Of a DNA stretch of 64,000 nt, positions 37,408-46,129 are shown in pieces. Both the position numbers and the translations under genes were made by a program. This DNA comes from an uncultured Gemmatimonadales bacterium (lineage in GTDB: Bacteria; Gemmatimonadota; Gemmatimonadetes; Longimicrobiales; RSA9), in NCBI GenBank assembly GCA_963708135.1, contig OY970192.1, positions 4,992,001 to 5,056,000 of the forward strand. The letters run 5' to 3'. Numbering within the stretch: the stretch's first letter is position 1; the number at the start of each line of letters is the position of its first letter. The notes beneath the pieces were generated by a model. It was not told where the DNA came from and made no database searches. It worked only from the letters and a program-made list of their open reading frames with translations.

Positions 37408-39546
37408 CTACCTCCCCAGCCGCTTCCAGAAGTAGGTGTAGATCAGCGCCTCCTCCCGTGCCCGCTGCTTGCCCGTGACGCCCGGGCCGTGGCCGCCCTC
37501 CGTGTTCTCGAAGAACCACACCGGATCGCCCATGGCCTCCATCCTCGCCGCGAACTTGCGCGCGTGGCCGGGGTGCACGCGGTCGTCGCGCGTGGTGGTG
37601 GTGATGAGCGGGCGGGGATAGTGGACCCCGGACTTCAGGTTCTGGTACGGCGAGTACTTCGAGATGTAGGCCCAGTCGGCGGGGACGTCGGGGTTGCCGT
37701 ACTCGGCCATCCAGCTCGCGCCGGCCAGCAGGTGGCTGTAGCGCTTCATGTCGAGCAGCGGGTTGAGGATCGCGACGGCGCCCCAGAGGTCCGGCCGCTC
37801 CGTGAGCATGACGCCCATGAGCAGCCCGCCGTTCGAGCCGCCCATGATCCCGAGGTGCGCCGGGCTCGTCACCTTGCGGGCGATCAGGTCCTCCGCCACG
37901 GCGATGAAGTCGTCGTAGGCGCGCTGCCGGTGCTCCCTCATGGCCGAGCGGTGCCAGCTCGGGCCGAACTCGCCGCCGCCGCGGATGTTGGCCAGCACGT
38001 ACACCCCGCCGCGCGCGAGCCAGTCGGCGCCGATCACCGGATTGTAGGTCGGCGTCATGGAGATCTCGAAGCCGCCGTAGCCGTACTGCAGCGTGGGGTT
38101 CGTGCCGTCCGGCTTCATGTCCTTCCTGTGGACGATGAAGTAGGGGATGCGGGTGCCGTCCTTCGACGTCGCCTCGTGCTGCTCCGCGACGAGCCCGCTC
38201 GCGTCGAACTGTGCGGGCAGCCGCTTCACCTCGCGGGCGCTCCCGTCCGCCTCGCCCAGCTCGAGCGTGGTCGGTTGCGTGAACGAGGCGAAGGTGAAGA
38301 AGAAGCGGTCCGTGGTGGGCGACGTCGCCCGCACATCCACGCTCCCGAAGTCCGGCAGCCGCACCGTGTCCGCGCTCCAGGCGCCGGCATCGCGATGGAA
38401 GCGGAGCAGCTTCGGGCGCACCTCGTCGAGCATGGAGACGAGGAGGCGGTCCTTCGTCGCGTTCACATCCGTTACGGTCGCGCGCGGGCCGGGGACGAGC
38501 ACGCTCTGGAAGTCGCGGCCGCCGCCGAGGAACGCCTCGAAGTCCGTGCCGACGAGTGAGCCGGCCGGGTACGTCGCCCCGCCCACGGTCCACGGCGAGC
38601 GCAGGTACACCACGAGCTGGCCGCCCACCAGGTGCGGATCCGCGTCGAGCGGCAGGTCGAGCCGCACGAGCGAGTCGCCGCGCAGCACGTACGTCTCCGA
38701 CTCGAAGAAGCTCGGCGAATGCTCCACGATGGCGTAGCTCCGGTCGCCGGTCCGCCAGGTGGCGACGCGCACCGAGACGTCCGTCGGCTTGCCCTCGTAG
38801 AGCGTCCTCGCCGAGGAGAGCGGCGTGCCCCGCCGCCACAGCTTCGCCACGCGCGCGTAGCCGGAGGTGGTCATGGTGCCGGGCCCGAAGTTCGTCGCCA
38901 CCAGCAGCGCGTCCGGCCCGCGCCACGCCACCGACAGCTTCGACTCCGGCAGCCGGAACCCGTCCTCGACGAAGCGCCCGCTCCCGGTGTCCAGCTCCCG
39001 GACCTCGACCGCATCCGCGCCGCCGCGCGAGAGACGCACCAGGCACAGCCGGTCCTCCGGGGCCAGGCAGGTGGCGCCCTTCCACGCCCACGCCTGCTTC
39101 TCCGCCGCCGCCAGCGAGTCCACGTCCAGCACCGTCCGCCATTGCGGCGAGCCGGACAGGTAGGACTCCCACGAGGCGGTCCGCCACACCCCGCGCGGGT
39201 GCTTGGCGTCCTGCCAGTAGTTGGCGACCCGCTCACCCAGGATCGACGGCATGGCCAGCCGGTCCCGCGAGTCGAGCACCTCGAGCGTCCGCTGCGCCAG
39301 CGTGTCGTAGAGCGGCAGCGACCCGAGCCCCGCCATTGTCTTCGCGTCCTGCGCCTTCACCCACGCCATCGAGCGCGCCGCGGTGACATCCTCCAGCCAC
39401 TGGAACGCCGCAGGCGACGTTGCCGTCGCGCGCGCCGCCCCGGGCGCCTGCTTCTGCGCGGCCGCGGGTGCCGGCGCGGCGAGGCCCGCGAGGATCGAGA
39501 GGACGAACACCGTGGCGGAAGACGCTGCGGGGCGGGACATGGGCAC
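37408..39546 (-). CDS. Prolyl oligopeptidase (S9A), secreted
   Basis: YGYGGF, ANIRGGGEFG, GGSNGGLL, DDRVHP, GGHG catalytic triad motifs. Confidence 0.95.
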   Translation of the reverse strand: MPMSRPAASSATVFVLSILAGLAAPAPAAAQKQAPGAARATATSPAAFQWLEDVTAARSMAWVKAQDAKTMAGLGSLPLYDTLAQRTLEVLDSRDRLAMPSILGERVANYWQDAKHPRGVWRTASWESYLSGSPQWRTVLDVDSLAAAEKQAWAWKGATCLAPEDRLCLVRLSRGGADAVEVRELDTGSGRFVEDGFRLPESKLSVAWRGPDALLVATNFGPGTMTTSGYARVAKLWRRGTPLSSARTLYEGKPTDVSVRVATWRTGDRSYAIVEHSPSFFESETYVLRGDSLVRLDLPLDADPHLVGGQLVVYLRSPWTVGGATYPAGSLVGTDFEAFLGGGRDFQSVLVPGPRATVTDVNATKDRLLVSMLDEVRPKLLRFHRDAGAWSADTVRLPDFGSVDVRATSPTTDRFFFTFASFTQPTTLELGEADGSAREVKRLPAQFDASGLVAEQHEATSKDGTRIPYFIVHRKDMKPDGTNPTLQYGYGGFEISMTPTYNPVIGADWLARGGVYVLANIRGGGEFGPSWHRSAMREHRQRAYDDFIAVAEDLIARKVTSPAHLGIMGGSNGGLLMGVMLTERPDLWGAVAILNPLLDMKRYSHLLAGASWMAEYGNPDVPADWAYISKYSPYQNLKSGVHYPRPLITTTTRDDRVHPGHARKFAARMEAMGDPVWFFENTEGGHGPGVTGKQRAREEALIYTYFWKRLGR

Positions 39547-39726
39547 CTCCGGGGTGGGTTCTGGTCCGGGCTGTCACAGTAGATTGGCGCCCCGGCGGGC
39601 GCAACGATTCGTACGGTCTCCGCACCTGCGACGCAGAATTGTGCAGAATGGTCGCAGCGGGAGAGCGGCTTGACCCACGGGCGCGTGCGCCCCATCTTCC
39701 TGCAGAACATCTGAAGGAGACCGCCC

Positions 39727-40074
39727 ATGCCGCCCGCCGAACGCTCCGACCTGTTGCAGGGGACCCTCGAGCTGCTGGTGCTGAAGACGCTCTCGCTGGA
39801 GCCGATGCACGGCTGGGGGATCAGCCAGCGGATCCGGCAGATGTCGCGCGAGGTGCTGGACGTGCCGCAGGGGTCGCTCTACCCGGCGCTCGTGCGCATG
39901 AAGCGGAAGGGGTGGGTCCGCTCCGAGTGGCGGACCACGGAGAACAACCGGCGCGCGCGCTACTACAGCTTGACGCCGGCGGGCGAGCGGCAGCTCGGGG
40001 CGGAACACCGGGCCTGGGAGCGTTCCTCGTCCGCGGTGAACTGGGTGCTGGGTTGGGAAGGAGGCGCGCCGTGA
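39727..40074 (+). CDS. PadR-family transcriptional regulator
   Basis: LLQGTLELLVLK, MHGWGI, GSLYPAL, NNRRARYY. Confidence 0.93.
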   Translation: MPPAERSDLLQGTLELLVLKTLSLEPMHGWGISQRIRQMSREVLDVPQGSLYPALVRMKRKGWVRSEWRTTENNRRARYYSLTPAGERQLGAEHRAWERSSSAVNWVLGWEGGAP

Positions 40075-42791
40075 GCGGCGTCTCGCGGGTGGCGGGGACG
40101 ATCGCGGACCTCGGCGAGCGGCTGCGGTCGCTGGTCTTCCGCTCGCGGGAGGAGCGCGAGCTGGCGGAGGAGTTGGCCTTCCACATCGAGATGGAGACGG
40201 CGCGGAACCTCCGCGAGGGGATGAGCCCCGCGGAGGCGAGGCGGCGGGCGCTCGTGGCGTTCGGCGGCGTCGAGCAGGTGCGGGAGTCGGTGCGGGACGC
40301 GTGGGGCACGCGGGCGCTCGACAGCCTGGCGCGGGATGTCCGCTACGCCTTCCGCCAGGTGGCGCGGAGCCCGGGGTTCACGGCGGCGGTGGTGCTCACG
40401 CTGGCGCTCGGGATCGGCGCGAACGGGGTCGTCTTCGGCGTGCTGGACCGGCTGCTGGTGCGGCCACCGTCGGGCGTGGTGGCGCCGGAGCGGCTGAGCC
40501 GGCTCTACTTCGAGCTGCCGCGACCCGGCAGGGCGGGAGGATCGCCGACGCCGGTCACGCCGACGTCCTACCCGGCCCTGGAGGCCCTGCGCGCGAACGT
40601 GCCGGCGTTCGAGGCCGTGGCGGGCGTGTTCCGGGGCGGCAAGGGCACCTTCGGCCGGGGCGCCGACGCGCGCGCGGTGAACCTCACGCTGGTCACGGGG
40701 GACTTCTTCCGCATGCTCGGCACGCGACCCGTGCTGGGGCGCTTCTTCGGCCCGGAGGAGGACCGGTTGCCCTCCGGCTCTCCGGTGGCCGTCGTGAGCT
40801 GGGGTTTCTGGCGGCGTGTCCTGGGCGGCGACGTCTCCGTGGTGGGGCGTCGGATCGTGCTGGACGAGCGGCCGTTCACGATCGTGGGCGTGGCGCCGCG
40901 CGGCTTCACGGGCGTGGATCTGGAGCCGGTGGACGTCTGGGCGCCCGTGAGCGCGCTGGCGCTGAAGCAGTTCTTCCCGAGCTGGGCGACGAGCGCCGGC
41001 TCGCTTTGGATCCGGGCCATCGCGCGCCTGCGCCCGGGCGCCGCCCGCGCCGTGGCATCCGCGCAGGCGACTGCGGCGGTCCGCCCCGTTTTCGCGGACG
41101 CGCACGACGGCGCCGAGCGGGAACCGCCGCGCGTGATCGCCGCCTCGATCCTGGCCGCGCGCGGTCCGGGCGGGATGTCGCGCGAGGCGCGGACGTCGCT
41201 CTGGGTGGGCATCGTGGCCGCGCTCGTGCTGCTCATCGCGTGCGCCAACGTTGCGGGGTTGCTGCTCTCGCGCGCGGTGCGGCGGCGCCACGAGATCGCG
41301 GTCCGGCTGGCGCTCGGGGTGGGCCGGGGCCGCCTCGTGCGCCAGCTCCTGACGGAGACGCTCGTGCTGGCCGCGCTCGCCGGCGGCATCGCGCTCGTCC
41401 TCACCTACGCGGGCGGTCGGCTCGTGCGGACGCTGCTGCTCCCGAGCATGGCGCTGGGCGATGTGCCCGTGGACGCGCGTGTGCTCGCGTTCATGGCCGG
41501 CGTGACGCTCCTGACCGTCCTGCTGGCCGGCCTGGTGCCCGCCCTCGGCTCCACGCGGACCGACTTCACGGCATGGCTCAAGGCGGGCGCGCGCGAGGCT
41601 GGCGGCCGGCGCGCGGCCGGGCAGCGCGCGCTGCTGGTCGTGCAGACGTCGCTTTGCGTGGTGCTGCTCGTGGGCGCCGGGCTCTTCCTCCAGAGCCTGC
41701 GCCGCCTGCACGCGCTGGACGTCGGCATCGACCTCAGCCACGTGCTGCTCGTGCGCCCCGACCTCGGCCGCGCGGGCTTCGATTCCGCGCGCGTCCAGGC
41801 GACGTACCGCGAGGCGCTCCGCCGCGTCCGTCACCTTCCGGGCATCGAGGCCGTCTCGCTCACCAAGGTCTCCGTCCCCATGGGGGGCATCTCGGCCATC
41901 CGCCTGCACGTGCCCGGCAACGACTTCCCGCCCGATCTCCCCGGTGGCGGACCCTACTACAGCGGCGTCGATGCCGGCTTCTTCCGGACCCTCGGCGCCC
42001 GCGTGCGCGCCGGCCGCGCCTTTAGCCCGGCCGAGGAGTCCACGGGCGAGCGGGTCGTCGTCGTGAACGAGACCGTGGCGCGCGCCTTCTGGCCCGGAAA
42101 GAGCCCGCTCGGCGCCTGCGTCACCCTCGGGGATGACCCCGCCTGCAACCGGGTGGTCGGGGTGGTGCAGGATATCCTGACGTTCAGGATGGAAGGCGAC
42201 GAGCGCGCCCTCCTCTATCTGCCGCTCCGTCACCCCGTCGTGAGCGACCGCCCACCGGTGGCCATGCTCGTCCGCACGGCCGGCGACGCACGCTCCGCCG
42301 CCAGCCCCGTGCAGCGCACCATCCAGGGAATCGCGCCCGACATGCCCTTCGTGAGCGTGCAGCCCTTCGAGGCGCTGGTCGCCCCCGAGTTCGAGCCGTG
42401 GCGCCTCGGCGCCACCATGTTCGCCATCTTCGGCGCCCTCGCCCTGCTCCTCGCCGCCACCGGGCTCTACGGCGTCCTCGCCTATCTCGTGGGCCAGCGG
42501 ACCCGCGAGATCGGGATCCGCGTCGCGCTCGGCGCCCGCCCCGTCGACGTGATCGGGCTGGTCGTGGGGCAGGGCATCGGCGTGGTGGCCGCCGGACTCG
42601 TGATCGGCACCGCCGCCGCACTCGCCGGCGGCCGGCTGCTCGCGCCGCTCCTCTACGACACCTCGCCGCGTGACCCGCAGGTCCTCACCGCCGTCGCTGC
42701 CGCACTGCTCCTCGCCGCGGCCGCCGCCACCCTCCTCCCCGCCCGCCGTGCGGCGCGGGTGGACCCGACCCGCGCGCTGGCGGCGGAGTGA
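40071..42791 (+). CDS. Duplicated orphan ABC permease (MacB/FtsX-like, ADOP type)
   Basis: ELAEELAFH N-terminus, LTLALGIGAN, LLIACANVA, RTREIGIRVALGA, PARRAARVDP. Confidence 0.92.
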   Translation: MSGVSRVAGTIADLGERLRSLVFRSREERELAEELAFHIEMETARNLREGMSPAEARRRALVAFGGVEQVRESVRDAWGTRALDSLARDVRYAFRQVARSPGFTAAVVLTLALGIGANGVVFGVLDRLLVRPPSGVVAPERLSRLYFELPRPGRAGGSPTPVTPTSYPALEALRANVPAFEAVAGVFRGGKGTFGRGADARAVNLTLVTGDFFRMLGTRPVLGRFFGPEEDRLPSGSPVAVVSWGFWRRVLGGDVSVVGRRIVLDERPFTIVGVAPRGFTGVDLEPVDVWAPVSALALKQFFPSWATSAGSLWIRAIARLRPGAARAVASAQATAAVRPVFADAHDGAEREPPRVIAASILAARGPGGMSREARTSLWVGIVAALVLLIACANVAGLLLSRAVRRRHEIAVRLALGVGRGRLVRQLLTETLVLAALAGGIALVLTYAGGRLVRTLLLPSMALGDVPVDARVLAFMAGVTLLTVLLAGLVPALGSTRTDFTAWLKAGAREAGGRRAAGQRALLVVQTSLCVVLLVGAGLFLQSLRRLHALDVGIDLSHVLLVRPDLGRAGFDSARVQATYREALRRVRHLPGIEAVSLTKVSVPMGGISAIRLHVPGNDFPPDLPGGGPYYSGVDAGFFRTLGARVRAGRAFSPAEESTGERVVVVNETVARAFWPGKSPLGACVTLGDDPACNRVVGVVQDILTFRMEGDERALLYLPLRHPVVSDRPPVAMLVRTAGDARSAASPVQRTIQGIAPDMPFVSVQPFEALVAPEFEPWRLGATMFAIFGALALLLAATGLYGVLAYLVGQRTREIGIRVALGARPVDVIGLVVGQGIGVVAAGLVIGTAAALAGGRLLAPLLYDTSPRDPQVLTAVAAALLLAAAAATLLPARRAARVDPTRALAAE

Positions 42792-42835
42792 AAGGCGCCG
42801 CCGCTCCCGGTTTCGCCAGGAGATCAGATCGGTTA

Positions 42836-42856
42836 GGTTTTCGTTGAACGGAAACC
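42836..42856. promoter_or_regulatory. Inverted repeat, candidate vapBC autoregulatory operator
   Basis: GGTTTTCGTT-G-AACGGAAACC immediately upstream of the antitoxin start. Confidence 0.5.
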
Positions 42857-42873
42857 AGATCGATGGAGAAATC

Positions 42874-43080
42874 ATGGAAACCGTCAGGGTCAGCTCGAAG
42901 TATCAGGTCGTGATCCCGCGAGCGGTTCGCGAGCGGCTCGGGATCCAGGCGGGGCAGGAGGTGCAGGTCATTCCGTACGTAGACCGCATCGAGGTGATCC
43001 CGCAGCGTCCCGCACGTGAGCTTCGCGGCTTCCTCTCGGGGCTGGAGAACACGTTCGTCCGCGAAGGCGATCGGCTGTGA
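42874..43080 (+). CDS. AbrB/MazE-type antitoxin
   Basis: METVRVSSKYQVVIPRAVRERLGIQAGQEV. Confidence 0.9.
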   Translation: METVRVSSKYQVVIPRAVRERLGIQAGQEVQVIPYVDRIEVIPQRPARELRGFLSGLENTFVREGDRL

Positions 43081-43490
43081 GCCCGCCGTCCGAGGCGGAG
43101 CTGCACGTGGTCGACTCGTCGGGCTGGATCGAGTACTTCACGGACTCCGTGAACGCCGACCGCTTCGCGGGGGTGATCGAGCGCCCGCGCGAGCTGCTGG
43201 TTCCGAGCCTGAGCGTGCTGGAGGTGTTCCGCTGGGTGCTGCGGGAGCGGGGCGAGGACGCCGCGCTCCAGGCGACGGCGGTGATGCAGCAGTCCCCGCT
43301 GGTCGACCTCGACGCGGCGCTCGCGTTGCGTGCGGCCAAGGTTGGGATCGAGCACAAGCTCCCCCTGGCCGACAGCGTCATCTATGCGACGGCGCAGTCG
43401 CGCGGTGCGTTGCTGTGGACGCAGGACGCGGATTTCCGCGAGCTTCCGCGGGTTCGCTACTTCCCGAAGGCGGCGCGCGGCAAAGGCTGA
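43077..43490 (+). CDS. vapC: VapC PIN-domain toxin
   Basis: VVDSSGWIEY, LEV, LADSVIYATA, WTQDADF; GTGA overlap with the antitoxin. Confidence 0.9.
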   Translation: MSPPSEAELHVVDSSGWIEYFTDSVNADRFAGVIERPRELLVPSLSVLEVFRWVLRERGEDAALQATAVMQQSPLVDLDAALALRAAKVGIEHKLPLADSVIYATAQSRGALLWTQDADFRELPRVRYFPKAARGKG

Positions 43491-43503
43491 GCGGGCTGCT
43501 CCT

Positions 43504-43539
43504 GTCCGGCCGCGGCGGTCTCGACCGCCGCGGCCGGAC
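43504..43539. terminator. Long GC hairpin between convergent vapC and M1 peptidase genes
   Basis: GTCCGGCCGCGGCGGTC-TC-GACCGCCGCGGCCGGAC perfect inverted repeat; no U tail. Confidence 0.55.
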
Positions 43540-43549
43540 GCTCACCGCC

Positions 43550-45574
43550 TCAGCGCGTCTCGCCGGCCGCCGCCGCTTCCCTCGGCCAGACGTTGTCGCT
43601 CGGGTCCTTGTCCGGGAACCGCTTCTCCGGGTCGAGCACGATCTTCTCGATCTTGCGGCCGCCGAAGTCGAGCCTCGCCGCGAAGGTGCGGCTGCCGGTG
43701 AACCAGACGTCCACGGGGAAGGTGACGCGCGCCGTCGCCTGGTCGAGCATGGTGCTGTTCGGCATCGGCTTCACGGCCGGCCCGGTGCCCGCGAAGTGCA
43801 CGTCGAGCACGACGGGCGCGGGCATCTGCCCGTCCTGGCGCACGGTGACCGTGGTGCGCGCACCGTTGGTGGCGACGTTCTGGATCGACTCGTCCACGGC
43901 GTCGGTCGTGAAGAGCCAGTAGTACCAGAACCAGTCGAGGTCGCGGCCGAGCGCATGGTCCATGTAGAAGGCGTAGTCCCACGGCGTGGGGTGCTTGAAG
44001 CGCCATGCGTGGGCGTAGCCGCTCATGGCGCGCCAGACGGCGGTGTCGCCGACGATGCCGCCGAGCATGGAGAGCATCATGGGCGCCTTGCCGTAGGCCT
44101 GGAAGGAGTACATCGGGCCGCCATAATTGGCGTCCCACATGAGCGGCGCCTCGCGCTCGTTGCCGCTCACGCGGCCGTACGCCTGCCCGAAGCCGTCGAG
44201 GCTCGAGTCCGGCGCCTGCCCCGTGCGGTCGTCGCGCGAGAGGATGTTCATGTACTGGTTGAAGCCCTCGTCCATGAAGCCGTACCACGTCTCGTTGGTG
44301 CCGACCATCATCGGCCACCACTGGTGCCCGGTCTCGTGGTCGGCGGCGCCGGTGCTGGACATGATGAAGCTGGGGTACTCCATGCCGAGCTCGGGGCCGT
44401 CCACGTCGGTCATGATCGGGAAGGCGTAGGGCATCCAGAGCCTGGAGTAGAACCCGAGGGCGTGGCGGATGACCTGGCCGTCCGTGGCGTAGCGCTCGGC
44501 GTGGCCGGGCAGGTACATGCTGTAGACGGGGATCTGCCCCTTGCCCGGGATTTCGGCGCGGGTGGCGTCCCAGACGAAGCGGCTCGAGGTGGCCCACGCG
44601 AAGTCGGCCACGCTGTCCGCCTGGAAGTGCCAGGTCAGCGGGCCGCCGCCGGCCGTCAGCTTGCCGGCGCCCTGCTCGTCCGCCCCCGCGATGGTGCGCT
44701 GCTCGTCGGAGTCGAGCACGTGCGTGAGGCGCTCGCGCTCGGTGGCGGTGAGCACCTGGTCCGGGTTCTGGAGGAGTCCCGTCGCGCCCACCAGCCATCC
44801 CGCCGGCAGCGTGAGCTTCACGTCGAAGCTGCCGAAGTTGTTGTAGAACTCGGACGGCCCGAGGTAGGGGTCGGTGTCCCAGCCGCGCAGGTCGTCGTAG
44901 ACGGCCACGCGCGGGTACCACTGCCCGACCTGGTAGAGCGTGTCGCCCCAGCTGCCCATGCGCAGCCCGCGCTCGTGGCCGGCGTGCGGCACGCGAAAGC
45001 TCCACTCGGCGCGCATCGTGGTCTGGCCGTGCGCGGCGAGCGGCGCCGGCAGCGGAATCGACGCCGTCGTCAGCTTGATGGCCTCGGCCATGGGCGTGCC
45101 GAAGCGGCGGCCGTTGCGCGCGCGGATCGGCGGCACCGTGTCCGCGAGGTCCACCGCCTGCCCGTCGAAGCTGAGCGAGGTGAGGTCCAGCCCGCCCGTG
45201 ATCTCCGTGACCGCCTCCGCCTTCGGCACGTTGGCGCGGAAGATGTTCTGGTCCAGGCGCAGCTGCACGTGGTCGAGCGTCGAATCGCTGTTGTTGTGGA
45301 TGACGACGCTCTCGCTCCCCGAGAGCTTCCCCGTGACCGGGTCGAAGCGGGCGTCGATCGTGTAGTCGGTGCGCATCTGCCAGTAGCTCGGGCCGGGCGT
45401 GCCGGCCGAGTCGCGCGTGCCGGCGGCGAGGGCGCGGCGGATCATGTCCGTCATCGGCAGGTCGCGCCGGACGGCGCGCTCCGGGAGCTGCGCCGCATTC
45501 TGCGCCATGGCGGTCGCGGGGACGAGCAGGAGCGCGGCGGCGAGCGCCAGCGCGGCGGGGGTTCGCGTGTGCAT
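43550..45574 (-). CDS. Secreted M1-family metallopeptidase
   Basis: GMEYP, HETGHQWW...MDEG zinc motif, YGK; signal peptide. Confidence 0.92.
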   Translation of the reverse strand: MHTRTPAALALAAALLLVPATAMAQNAAQLPERAVRRDLPMTDMIRRALAAGTRDSAGTPGPSYWQMRTDYTIDARFDPVTGKLSGSESVVIHNNSDSTLDHVQLRLDQNIFRANVPKAEAVTEITGGLDLTSLSFDGQAVDLADTVPPIRARNGRRFGTPMAEAIKLTTASIPLPAPLAAHGQTTMRAEWSFRVPHAGHERGLRMGSWGDTLYQVGQWYPRVAVYDDLRGWDTDPYLGPSEFYNNFGSFDVKLTLPAGWLVGATGLLQNPDQVLTATERERLTHVLDSDEQRTIAGADEQGAGKLTAGGGPLTWHFQADSVADFAWATSSRFVWDATRAEIPGKGQIPVYSMYLPGHAERYATDGQVIRHALGFYSRLWMPYAFPIMTDVDGPELGMEYPSFIMSSTGAADHETGHQWWPMMVGTNETWYGFMDEGFNQYMNILSRDDRTGQAPDSSLDGFGQAYGRVSGNEREAPLMWDANYGGPMYSFQAYGKAPMMLSMLGGIVGDTAVWRAMSGYAHAWRFKHPTPWDYAFYMDHALGRDLDWFWYYWLFTTDAVDESIQNVATNGARTTVTVRQDGQMPAPVVLDVHFAGTGPAVKPMPNSTMLDQATARVTFPVDVWFTGSRTFAARLDFGGRKIEKIVLDPEKRFPDKDPSDNVWPREAAAAGETR

Positions 45575-46129
45575 GAGGTCTCCGGTGCCGGGGTCGCGTC
45601 GTGCGCCGGGTTGCCCGCCGGCGCAGACGTCACAAATACAACGATCCGACGGGCCGGGCGAGGGGCGGAGGTGCCGAGCATGCCTCAGGCGACGTTTCCC
45701 GCCGCCAGCGCCTCGCCCAGCTCGGCCGGCGCGTCGACCCGCAGAGGACGTGGGGGAGCGCGCCGCGGGAGAGTAGCCGGGACAGCTCGCGGCGGATCCG
45801 CTCCGCCGCGTCCTCCGCCGGTGGCGCCGCTATGCCGTGCGGCCGGTGGGTCAGCCGCCAGAGCAGCCAGCCGGTCACGGCCAGCTCGGCCGCGACGAGG
45901 CCATAGCCGGCCAGGGTGCCGGCGTGGTCGGCTGTGGGCATGGCGGCCTCCGCTGTGCGCGGGGATGCGGGCGGCACGGGGCCACCAAGCTACGGCCCGG
46001 CCCCGACATCCGCCACGCACCGCCGCCGCCCGCCCCCCCCGGCCATGCCCTCTCCCTCGCGCGTGGCACGCCGTGTGATACCTTAGAGTTCCGCGCAGCC
46101 TCCAACGCTCCTCGCACAGCGATGGACCC

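Noticed and set aside
45630..45941. Small ORF MPTADHAGTLAGYGLVAAELAVTGWLLWRL...
   Set aside because: One hydrophobic stretch and a GGAGG upstream, but no recognisable family and a low-complexity tail; not enough support to call
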